Below are positions 26,161 through 37,600 of a DNA stretch of 64,000 nucleotides, in pieces. Origin of the DNA: Ginglymostoma cirratum (taxonomy: Eukaryota); contig JAHRHZ010000068.1 in the NCBI GenBank assembly GCA_024137785.1, forward strand, positions 1,479,425 to 1,543,424. The letters run 5' to 3'. How positions within the stretch are numbered: the first letter of the stretch is position 1; every line of letters starts with the position of its first letter. The notes beneath the pieces were generated by a model. The model had not been told where the DNA came from, searched no databases, and saw only the letters and a list, made by a program, of their open reading frames with translations. Position numbers and translations under genes: made by a program.

Positions 26161-27749
26161 GTAATATGAAGACGCTTATGAAGAGTTGTTTGCTGCTTGG
26201 AAGAAAGTGTCCAAAAGTAGGCACGTTGCCGTGATTGCTAAACATCCACATGTTTGATTCAGTATGGCTCCAAATGTATTTTTAATTTGAATAGCTGTGT
26301 TTGCTGCAGCTTAGTACACGATTTATTGCAGCTAATACATCATCTTGAATAGCTGCTTCAGCAGTGATATTGCCATAACTTTATAACAATATAAAAAAAA
26401 ACGTTAAAGATAAACTACTGTTCTGAAGTGTTAAAAAATACATTGGGATATGTGCTTAGGTGACTGAATTGAAATCTTGGAGCATCGTACAATTTTTAAA
26501 TATCTGAATGATTATGGAATTATCTTCAGACAATAATTAGGGAACACTAGGTAGTATGGGAGTCATTTTCTAAATGCACAACACACACCTGTGTATCTGT
26601 ACCAAACTGACTATCATAGTGAAATTCTACCAGATAGTGGTTTTCCTTGAAAATGTTTTCATGTTATTAAAGTGGTGGCATCTTGTTCCCATAGACACAA
26701 CTGCTTCATTTTCGACTATTTGTGTGAACACCCACTATCATGAAATTAATCAAATGTACTGCATCGTTGTTGCAGGGTTGCACATATCAAAGAGCTGCTA
26801 ACTTAAATGTGAATTTTTTTTGAGTTAACTGAGTCAGTGACACAAGGATGGACAACTTGTGTCAAGAAGGAAAAAATTGGCTATTGTTTCCATTCCTGAC
26901 TGCCTGTCAGCAGGCATTAGAGTACCAGTATTTGCAGTTGAGAAATGAAGTATTCTGGGAAATATTTATCAGAAATTGCTTAAGTTGGAATGGCATTCAT
27001 GGAATCCACCATTTATGCAAATATGCGCCAGTTTCGAACTGCTTAGAAACTTGACCCAAACTTGTGTTGGCTTCAGATATACAGTGAGTGGAAACCTTTC
27101 TATATTCACTGCTGAAACTTCATTTCCCATCTTTGGTACAAACTTTTATATTTCCATCATAATGATGGATCCAGATTCAAGCAACTTAAATGGAAGGGCT
27201 TATCATTTTTATACTTTTTAAAATATATGGCTCCTTTTTATGGTTTATGTCAGTTTCTGTTGGATGTCTCATGACAGATATTCATTAAAATTACTGGGAA
27301 AGCATGACCAAATCTCTAATGACCTACATGGTAGTCATGTGTGTCTGGCTATAGTAGTATTAACCTATTATGGAGTGTGCATGCATTTGAGTCCATGGCA
27401 CTGTGTGTAAATCTACCCAGTAATTTTATTGTGAGAGTGCAGCTCAGTAATACAACATGTGCAAAAATGCCTATGGATATTGTGGCAAATTTGCTGGAAG
27501 CTGCATTTGCTTCTTGGATCAGAAGTGAACTGCTTGCCTTGTGAGCAAAAACATATCGACAGTTACTGAGTGATCACTGGATGCAGCTCTCATCCATTGG
27601 AGCTGAGTATTAGTTAAGTCCCGTCTGACTACTAGTATGTGATGCTAATGTGCTCTATAATGCTGAAGACGATGTTCCTCTTGCTCAATGTGCTTGTCCT
27701 CCTCATTAGAAAACTGCTTATACTCTCTCAGCTTGTTCACCTCCATCAA

Positions 27750-30073
27750 ATGCCATCTTTGTCAGCTCCACTTAAGCAGTGCACAGCATGCAAGGATAAT
27801 GTGGCAGACTGTGTAGGGAGTGCACTGCAATGTCCCAAGACCACTCCCTCCCCTGGACAGACCCAAACATCAGAACCTCATCTTCAACAGCCCTGAATGA
27901 AGAATGGGGTGCATTGAATTAATGCTTGACCTCAGTCGGGAGTTTGCGCATTGAAGTCAATGGCTGTAGTCACAGAGTGTAGCTGTTGACCCCCAGTAAC
28001 CATTCCTGTAAGACATCTGGCTTTCAAATTCAGCAGGAGCAGGACTTCTCAAGGACAAACGAGTGATGGCAGCTCCTAGGATACCTGGCGTCGATTTCCA
28101 AGATAGCGGTAACAACGATCACAGATGATTTGCCCATTGACAGTTTGGAATCCATTTCCATAAGACCATAAACATAGGAGTGGAAGTAAGGCCACTCGGC
28201 CCATCGCGTCCACTCCGTCATTTAATCATGGCTGATGGGCATTTCAACTCCACTTACCCGCACTGTCCCCGTAGCCCTTGATTCCTTGCGAGATCAAGAA
28301 TTTATCAATCTCTGCCTTGAAGACATTCAACGTCCCAGCCTCCACTGCACTCCGTGGCAATGAATTCCACAGGCCCACCACTCTCTGGCTGAAGAAATGT
28401 CTCCTCATTTCCGTTCTAAATTGACCCCCTCTAATTCTAAGGCTGTGCCCACGGGTCCTAGTATCCCCACCTAACGGAAACAACTTCCCAGCGTCCACCC
28501 TTTCTAAGCCATGCATTATCTTGTAAGTTTCTATTAAATCTCCCCTCAACCTTCTAAACTCTAATGAATACAATCCCAGGATCCTCAGCCGTTCATCGTA
28601 TGTTAGGCCTACCATTCCAGGGATCATCCGCGTGAATCTCCGCTGGACATGCTCCAGTGCCAGTATGTCCTTCCTGAGGTGTGGGGCTCAAAATTGGACA
28701 CAGTATTCTAAATGGGGCCTAACTAGAACTTTATAAAGTCTCAGAAGCACATCGCTGCTTTTATATTCCAACCCTCTTGAGATAAATGACAACATTACAT
28801 TCTCTTTCTTAATCACGGACTCAACCTGCAAGTTAACCTTTAGAGAATCCTGGACTAGCACTCCCAGATCCCTTTGTACTTCGGCTTTATGAATTTTCTC
28901 ACTGTTCAGAAAATAGTCCATGCCTGTATTCTTTTTTCCAAAGTGCAAGACCTCGCATTTGCTCACGTTGAATTTCAGCAGCCATTTCCTGGACCACTCT
29001 CCGAAACTGTCTAAATCATTCTGTAACCTCCCCACCTCCTCCGTATTACCTGCCTGTCCACCTAACTTTGTATCATCAGCAAACTTCGCCAGAATGCCCC
29101 CAGTCCCTTCATCCAGATCATTAATATATAAGGTGAACAGCTGCGGCCCCAACACTGAACCCTGCGGGACACCACTTGTCACCGGTTGCCATTCCGAAAA
29201 AGAGCCTTTTATCCCAACTCTCTGCTTTCTGTCAGACAGCCAATCCTCGATCCATGCCAGTAACTCACCTCGAACACCATGGGCCCTCACCTTACTCAGC
29301 AGCCTCCCATGAGGCACCTTATCAAAGGCCTTTTGGAAGTATAGATAGATAACATCCACTGGGTTTCCCTGGTCTAACCAACTTGTTACGTCCTCAAAGA
29401 ATTCTAACAGGTTTGTCAGGCACGACCTCCCCTTACTAAATCCATGCTGACTTATTCTAATCCGACCCTGCACTTCCAAGAATTTAGAAATCTCATCCTT
29501 AACGATGGATTCTAGAATTTTACCAACAACCGAGGTTAGGCTAATCAGCCTATAATTTTCCATCTTTTGTCTTGGTCCTTTCTTAAACAAGGGGGTTCCA
29601 ACAGCGATTTTCCAATCTGTTGGGACTTCCCCTGACTCCAGTGACTTTTGAAAGATCACAGCCAACGCCTCTGCTATTTCCTCAGCCACCTCCCTCAGAA
29701 CTCTCGGATGCAGCCCATCGGGCTTCTATTGATGAAGTTGAACCTTTGGCCCAAAGAGCATCACTGAAGTGCAGAATCGTACCGTAAGCGGCTCGGAGAT
29801 GTGCCACGATAATGCAGTGAGACTGGTACATGTGGAATGCCAATTTCTGTGGATGTCGGGGTGTGCCTATAACCATGTCCTGAGGTGATGCTGCCGGGTG
29901 TCCAAGATGGAGGTCCAGAGCAGCAGGTGCTGAGCTGGAGTCCCTGATTTTCTGAGAACCTCATTGGTTGGAAAAATTTCATTTTTGGCTAGGTCCTTGC
30001 TCAACATCCCAGTTGATTTTTCCCAAATTTCTCATCATGGTCCATGTCATTCAGGGCTGTGAAAATTCCACCC
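27750..30073 (-). mobile_element. PIF/Harbinger transposase pseudogene remnant, split by a CR1 insertion
   Basis: Minus-strand motifs occur in HARBI1/DDE_Tnp_4 order: GIPHV, FINR|[CR1]|GFQTVNGQIICD, IDARYPRSCHHSFVL, WLLGVNSY, GLLKMRF*CL, TVCHIILACCAL. TIR-like GGGTGGAATTTT ends at 30073. Confidence 0.75.
28160..29722 (-). mobile_element. Relatively young 5'-truncated CR1 LINE (complete RT domain and 3' UTR)
   Basis: ORF 28688-29689 (333 aa: NYRLISLTSVVGK, FQKAFDKVPH, GVPQGSVLGP, FADDTK) continues in frame after one TGA into ORF 28244-28627. Confidence 0.97.
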
Positions 30074-31984
30074 ATTACTTCTAAGAAGCATAAAGAAGAA
30101 GAAAGGAATAGATTTAGAAAGGGAATTCCACAGCCTAGAACTAAGGCAGCCTGAGTCATGGCAGGCAGTAATAATTGGGGATGTGAAAGAAGACAGAAAA
30201 GCACACGGATCTCAAAAGATTATCGAGCTGGAAGAAGTTACAGAAATCAGGTGGGATGACACTATGGTAGAATTCGAAAAGAATAATTAAGACCTAAAAA
30301 TTAAGCCCAAAATGAACACTTGTCAGAGCTGGATGAGCTACTTAATCATTTCATATCCTTGATTTGTGATTTTTTTTTACAGCCTTTGGTTTCCCTAATA
30401 TCTTGAACTTAATTTTGTATAGCTTTAATTTTTGATTTAGCTTTTGTTTCTCCCTTTCAGATTTCATTAAATAAATTCTCCAGTTTTCCTGCTGTTGTCT
30501 TTCTTCCTGCTTTTGTTCATAAAAAGCAGTTGGAGTGTGTTAGAGGAGCTTAGCAGTAGGGACCACTGGCCTATTTTTTTTTCTCTCCTGGGAAAGTGAC
30601 TTGCCTCAACTCTACACACTTTTGTAAGCACTAGATCGAGAGTCCAGTGAAGGGAGTGCTAAGCAAGATCCTGAATGTTATCACTTAGTTCTTCTGTTAT
30701 TTTTACTTGTTTTTTTTTCACTTTACATAATGTAAAAGCAATCAGTATTCGCACTTTTGACAAAACAGTACAAGCTGTAATACCTCTGAAATGATGATGT
30801 TTCAGATTTGCCTCTCGGTCTAGTTGTAGACTGTTGAAGTCTGGAATTTGTCCAATCGCGTATCTGTCCCACTGTGTTTTACTACATTGTGACACAGAAA
30901 ATGATGTATTCACCATTATCTTATACTTTTTTAAAGCAAGAAGGAAAATGAGATATTCCAAATATATTTTGTATTCAAATCTGAATGTCTCACCAAAAAT
31001 GGTGAAACTCTGTTATTGTAATAAAAAAGTAGTTACCTTATTACAAAATAATAACTTCTATTTAATTAAATTTTCAAGATAGATTGTAAAAAAATTTCAA
31101 TATTGATTGTTTTATGATAGTATTTAATTTTGCTGATCTTTGCATCATCATAAAGCAATACAGTGGTTGATGCCGGGCAACTATTGAATATGTATTCAAG
31201 GTTGTAACCTATTCAGAATAAAGGCATTCTGTCAATATAGACACAACAGCAAATTGTGAGTTAGATTTACATTGTTTGAGAATATCTATTTAAAATTATA
31301 AAGGTTATTTAAAGTCAGACTGAAAAAGCTGATACCAGCAAGAAGGATGACCATCAGGCTGCTGTAGATGGGGATTCAATCTATTACTTAGTTCCTGCAT
31401 CATAAAAACATACATCCATGTTTATTGTCAGCAGTTTTTATTCAGTATTAACAGTGAAAGAAAATAAAGTCTTTTAGCCATCACAAATACATGTCCAGGC
31501 ACCCTCGATGTATCAACGGGTGTACACTATGTGTTGTGCACTAAGCATTTGCGAAAAATGTCTCAGTTTGATACTTCACCCATGCTAAATCTGCTAATAT
31601 TAAGAGGAACAGCAATAAAACATTATAATAGAGCTCAAGCACTCCAATTTAGTATGGGGGATAAAAATCAGCTGAGGTTCTTGCTCTTGATTGACGTCCA
31701 ATTACGCCTGGTCGTAAGTGTGTGAACATGTACATCAAATGAGGACAAAATGCCTCTTGGCGGATGAACAGCTGTCTCGGCTTGCAGGAAAAGAATGGTC
31801 ACATGAGTAAGATGGCCAAGCAGTGCTGGGATCCATGAAGCATTGTCCGCTGTGACTCAGTGCCTTCAAGAGTGAACTAGAGAGAATTCATTTGTTCATT
31901 TTGCATACTGTTGAGTGAGGTTTTAAGCCTCACTTCAAATCTAGATTTTGGATCTGTAATTTGTTTTATGCATTCACATTCAAA

Positions 31985-31998
31985 CCACTAGATGGCAC
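31985..31998 (+). promoter_or_regulatory. CTCF-type motif
   Basis: CCACTAGATGGCAC closely matches the CTCF core, in non-repetitive sequence about 1 kb upstream of the candidate alternative exon. Motif match only. Confidence 0.5.
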
Positions 31999-32429
31999 GT
32001 CCAACTAGGGAAAATACTAACTGCTGAAAGAACAGGCTTCCTGATTACCAAATTAGCAACCAATGTTGGCATCAGAAGTTATGGGGAAAGCCTGTGGCCT
32101 TCTCACATACATTTCCAAATGGATGAGAATCTAATTATGATAAGCTGGTGTGAGAAGGTTGAGCAAGATAAATAACCTTTGTCAGTGATCTTCATAGCCA
32201 GCATTACAATATGTCACCTGTGTGCTGGAGTTTTTATTTGACGTTTTCAGAATCCCATGTACATGGATTATCAGTTGAGAGAACAAAACTTCTATCATTA
32301 TGATACAGTTACTTTGCCTTATGCTCCCTCTGCTTTTCTAAGATGATGTACTGCTTATATAATCACTTCCTTGAACTTTAATACATGGACAGTCAGCTTC
32401 ATCTAATATATGTCTTTCTTTTGCCATAA

Positions 32430-33330
32430 TACGTATTCAGACAACATGCTGTTACCCCCATTTGTGAGCTTTAGATGCTGCTGTCTGTCAGCCTCTGGTG
32501 GTTTATCTCTAGTGTCTGGATTTGCTTTAAGACTTGTATGTCTATCACAGTGGTGTTGCTTTGAATGTGAGATCAAAAGGAGATGAATTCCAGAAAAATT
32601 TTCCTTGTATGAAGAAAGGAACAGTCTTGTGTAAACATCCCCATGACAGCTCCCAATGAGTTATTTTACTGGAGCATTAGCACCCAGGATGACAGACAGG
32701 CAGAGACTACGTGCAAAATAGCAAATCAGTCCCTGTGTGCCAGCAGGCAGTTGCCACAACAGAAATAAGATTTCTAAAGGAATTTTGCTCCATTTTTATT
32801 GTAAACATTTGTGTGGCAGCTCATCCTTTTACAAGCTGTCTTTCCTTGCAGTCTTGCAAAGCAGGCACTGGATTTCTTTACGAGGAGCTGTTTGTACTGA
32901 GGCACTCACCTGACAGAAAGCAGCAGTATCATGAATAGAATCAAAGATAAATTTGAGAACAAAGTCAAGATGGCTTATTGTACACTTATGTTTGTCATTT
33001 ACTTATATGGGCATTGCTACTGTGGAAACAGGCCTTTTGCTGGCTAAAAAGGGCAGCCTTCCAGTTTATTTTCATTTCAGAGTGCTTCAGCTGCATAGCA
33101 CTTCCTGTTTATTCAACATCTTTACACCATTCTTCAGCCCCCGCTTTACAGCAACAGCCAAAGAACAACTGCAAGCCAACGGAAATTTAGAGGCATTAAG
33201 ATCTTTCGGTAAACTTCCCCACTCTGTAATTATTTGTGTCATATCCAGAATTAAATCTGCCAATTAAACTGTCCCAAAGAGCTGAACAGGGGAGTTGTCG
33301 AAATATGCAAATATTATGATTTAACCTTAA
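32430..33330 (+). promoter_or_regulatory. Putative internal promoter/enhancer block
   Basis: No recognisable repeats. Forkhead TGTAAACA at 32630 and 32800, FOX:ETS composite ACTTCCTGTTTAT at 33100-33112, TATA-like TAAAAAG at 33045 with Inr-like TCATTTC at 33072-33078. Confidence 0.45.
33007..33225 (+). other. Candidate alternative (first or cassette) exon of FOXP1 / conserved element
   Basis: Translations in different frames (FQFIFIS, VLQLHSTSCLFN, HLY, HSSAPALQQQPK..KPTEI*RH, RSFGKLPHS) resemble the human FOXP1 alternative N-terminus as recalled. It ends at TCT|GTAATT (33226). The frame from ATG 33007 is open to this donor and in phase with exon 34553. Confidence 0.6.
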
Positions 33331-34552
33331 ATTGATGGTAAATTAGGTCATGCTGATGAATAAGGAAAATGTTACAAAGAATCAATTTATATTTAATCAT
33401 TCATTTTGTATGTAAATAATGGAGATGACTGTACAACCAAAAAAATTCAGCTTACTAGAATCAAATAACAGGTAGTGACAAAGAAGAGCCAGTCTGCCAA
33501 AGCACACGCAATAAATGTTTGCAAAATAAAATTTAACTCCGTAAAAGTTGTCTTTTGTGATCAACAGTGGTCAGATGTTTGGAACTGGTCTAAACTATTT
33601 GTTTAATAGTAGGGGAGTAATCACATGGGGGAGGGGAATGGAAAGAGTGACTGAATTTATTTACTCAGATGTTATGCTGATGTAGGTGTGGAACTGAAAG
33701 TCACTGTGGGAACTGTGGGTTGTTTTTTGTTGGTATCTTCATAGTTCTGATGGTCATCGAATTTCCCAGCTTGTTGGTTTTGTTTATTCTGGACAGTGTA
33801 TGTTTGATTATTTATCAGAAGGAAAAGGGAGTAGCTTGGGCATAAAACTGACTGTGCTAGGTTTTATTTTTCCAGCAGTGTATAGTTTAGTACGTCGCAA
33901 ATCTTTTAAAGCCAGCATTCTATGGTATGATTTCTTTTGCTGAAATCTTTAATTCAATTCTAATTATCCCAAGTGTCGTTGTATCTTTAAGTTACCATTC
34001 AACGCTCCGGCCATTAATTTTCTCTAAATCCAACCTTTTATATCATTAAGGTTGGCTCGCTTTTTTTTTTATTTGTGAAATATTTTAATATATCCCATTT
34101 TCTTATTCTCCCACTCACAGCAACGAGGAATTCTTGGGTTTAGCTATATTGTAACATGCTAGCCAGCTCTTCATAATGCATTGTTCCTTTGGAAAATTTG
34201 ATATCTCCTGACAATCATCCAACAATATAGTCTGAAAATGGCATACTATTTTCATGGAGCAAGGAGACAATGGCATGCAACATTTTTTGTTGATATACCT
34301 TTATGTTGAATAAAAGCCCTGTTTAAGCTTAAAGAGACTTACTGAATGTAATTTGGCAGAATTATATGTGGCATTGTCATCAATCGAAATAAATCTAATG
34401 TATCTATTTAAAAAAAGGGTGTTGGTTTAAGCGGCAAAACAAACTGTATGAAGTGCCAGTTGTGGTAACCCTTCTTTGTGTGATGGAGTCGTAAACTGTC
34501 CCATTGGGTCCATTTATGGTTAAAAGGTGAATGTTATTCTCTTTTTATGTAG

Positions 34553-34642
34553 GCTTTTCAAGTTGCACGACAGCTCCTGCTGCAGCAACAAGCCAGTGGG
34601 TTAAAGTCTCCCAAGGGAAATGACAAGCAACCGACCTTACAG
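34553..34642 (+). CDS. FOXP1: Internal coding exon (90 nt, phase 0/0) of a FoxP forkhead transcription factor, N-terminal Q-rich region; best match FOXP1
   Basis: Acceptor tattctctttttatgtAG (34551-34552) and donor CAG|GTAAGT (34643). Translates without stops as [30 protein letters not shown]. Compare FOXP1 [34 protein letters not shown] and FOXP2 [30 protein letters not shown]. FoxP family is near certain. The FOXP1 call rests on NDKQPxLQ and on the upstream alternative-exon similarity. Confidence 0.85.
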
Positions 34643-37600
34643 GTAAGTGTATATTTATAGATTATATATAGTGTGTGTGTTCGAATCATTATGGGAAGAA
34701 TATGTCAGTGTACAACGGCCATGTACCATATTTATTGGAATAATGCAACATAATTAGTATAAAAGATTGTAAAAACTCAATATGATGCTATGTACTAAGG
34801 AAGTGGTTTGTTATGTTAGAGATATTTCATTTTCTAAGGGAATTTTTAAAAATTTAACTGTCTTGACCACCTTATTTGTGCAAATCCAAATACTTTGAAA
34901 TGAGCAAACCAGCCAGATTCATAGTCAAACTAAGAATGTTGTCATCGAGGGCACTCTTTTATAGTGGATTCTGTAACAGAACCCATGTGAATTCTTATCA
35001 AGGCTGGACACCCCCCCCCCCCCAATTTGAGATCATTATTAATATGAGTTTTAGTAATGCATTCAAGAAGAATTAAATGTGTACTATATTTATTCTAATG
35101 CTGCCTTAGATCTTTGGCATTTATATTTGCATCTATTCTGTACTAATGATTTTTGTTCTCTTCGTTGTCCCATTCAGAATCTACATTAAATGAAATGCTG
35201 TCCAGTCGTATGAATTCCTACCATTTTATTGGTCTCAATAAAATCATAAATTAAAAATATTCCACATTCCCCTAAACCCAGTCTAACATTACCATATTTT
35301 ATTGGTAAAGAAAGACTCATATCAGCTATTATACTTTCAATCTTAAGAAAGAAAGCTAAATATGACGTTTCAATTATATGTTTGGAAATTTGTTCTCACT
35401 TTTTAAGAAGGTGCATCTCCCCTAACTTGTCCTGTCCTCCACTGACATCTGTGCACAATGGGGTGAATTTTCTGGACCTGTTTGAGCACAGAAAATGAGT
35501 CCAAATATACCAGTGCTGGCTGGCTTGCCAATTGCCCACTGTTCTAGGTGCCACCATTCTTGTGAAGTAGCTTTGGGCTTGATTAGATTCACTGAGGGCC
35601 TTGTTAGCCAGGGTAAAGAAGGCTGACTAGGACTTTCCTTTTGGCTTCCAACTTCCTGACATGACAGAAAGCAGTTTGACTGCCTGGAGGCATGTAGCCA
35701 TTGGCCAACAGGCCAGGAACACTCTGGACAGGCCTACAAACCTCCCTGCCTGCCTGGATGTAGGAGAAGGATAAGGCCATTCAGCAAAGCGATACAAAGC
35801 CCACCTGCAGTGATGGCCTGGCTGATTTTTCTCTTCCATGATTACAGTTATAAAATAAAACAATGAGCAGTGCCTTCAGGTTGAAGCATCCTCTCAGTTA
35901 CTTAACTTTTGCTGCAGCCACGTGCTCTTTTCAAGCGAAACATCATCTGAGTGACCCTCCAGCCTTGAGAACCTGCCTTCTGCCCTTAATTGGACGGGGA
36001 GCCTGACTCCATGCAATTAGGTGGAGTTGTTGTCAAAATCTCAAATATGTCAGCTTCCTGTCTTCCCCCATCCACCATTCCTTCATCACCAATCAGGATT
36101 GAGACCAAGAACCAACTCCTGTTTACCACCCTAAACTTCAGAGATCAGGTAGTTGTCGCACAAACCAGCCATTGGGCTTGGATTCTCATTGGGTTAACTT
36201 TACAGATCTTTTAAAGGAAGACCAAATTTCATTTATAATCTATACAGATTTCTTGACAGTGAGCATGACATATGTTGGAAAAAGATTTTTAGTTAAAATC
36301 AGATTTGTAATTCAGGGAACTCAAGCTTCAGGTTGTCAGCTGCTGAAGGGCTAATATTGAAACTGTTTGTGAGTGGGCAGCAAACTTTGAGTGGCTGTTG
36401 CAAAATATCTCACATCGCTGACAGATGCCATCCTTCACTGAAACACTAAAAAAAACTAGTAACTTAAATGACAGCAAAGAAACTCGTCTTTGCAATTAAT
36501 TGATTGGCACAATTGAAACTGAATTTGGACAGTACTTCCCTCCTCCTGTAATACCAGGAACACGTCAGCAGCTGAAACAAGACAATACGTGCAAATATTC
36601 TGTCGCAAACTATAGCTGCATTCATTTTTGTGCGCACTGGATAACCTTTAATATTTTTACCTTCAGCACCCTACCAAGAATGGTAGGGATAATGGACTTA
36701 CAATTTCAACTCTATTCGTGAAAGTGAGCCCATCATTTAGGGTTTGCTGTTGCATTCAGTTGCAAAAAATGTTATTTACAGTGAACTAATATTCGTGTCA
36801 ATTGTTGAAAGGTGTAGGAATATTCATTCTCTAGCGTGAATTGGATCAATAAATTGTTGTTTGCTAGTCTGAATTTTTGATCTGCTGACCCTTCTTTAGC
36901 TTAAGACTTGGACTTTTCTCGCTTTAAGTGAATGAAGTATCATTTTTCTTTTGCCATCATTAGTTTTCATTTGTTGCTTGCAGAAATAAATATGAATACT
37001 GCTTGTGGATTATATGAAGCAGATATTGTGTAAAATGTTATCAGCTTCTCATTTTGGAATGTGAAATATTGCCTGGAGATGTATAACATAACTCTCCAAG
37101 TTGATGTACAGCGTAACATTTTGAGGAAGGGCAAAAGACAAACTAACTGTGCTGGACTGGTCATAAGTGTGCAAATTGCTTACAATTTTCCTCAAATGTC
37201 ACGTGTAATTATGGACATCCCTTCCCCCACTACTTGGTTTACCCATAGAATCTTACAAAAGAGACTCCCACCTAGCTAATTAACATTATCACTGAAATGG
37301 TAGGGTTGAGTCATTAGTTCCATGTGCATTTAATTAGAGGCAGACTGAAATTGGATTTAACTTATTACTTTTCATGGATCACTTTCTTGTCATCACTTCA
37401 AATTGGATTGCAGCCCCAGGTAACTAATTATAGGAGCCACAGGATCAAGAGTGAAGAAGAAGGTAATTAGGAACCACAGCGTTGGACCCTTGCTGATAGT
37501 CCACTAGTACTGTGGAAAAAATATAGTTTTATTTCGTAGCACTGCTGCAAGCAGGGGCATTAAAATTGTGGAAATAATATTCTGCTCTGTCTGGAATCAT

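Noticed and set aside
28688-29689. Reverse transcriptase ORF as a host gene or retron-like/prokaryotic defence system
   Set aside because: Clear 5'-truncated CR1 ORF2 with a LINE 3' UTR and several related decayed copies in the window; the context is a vertebrate intron.
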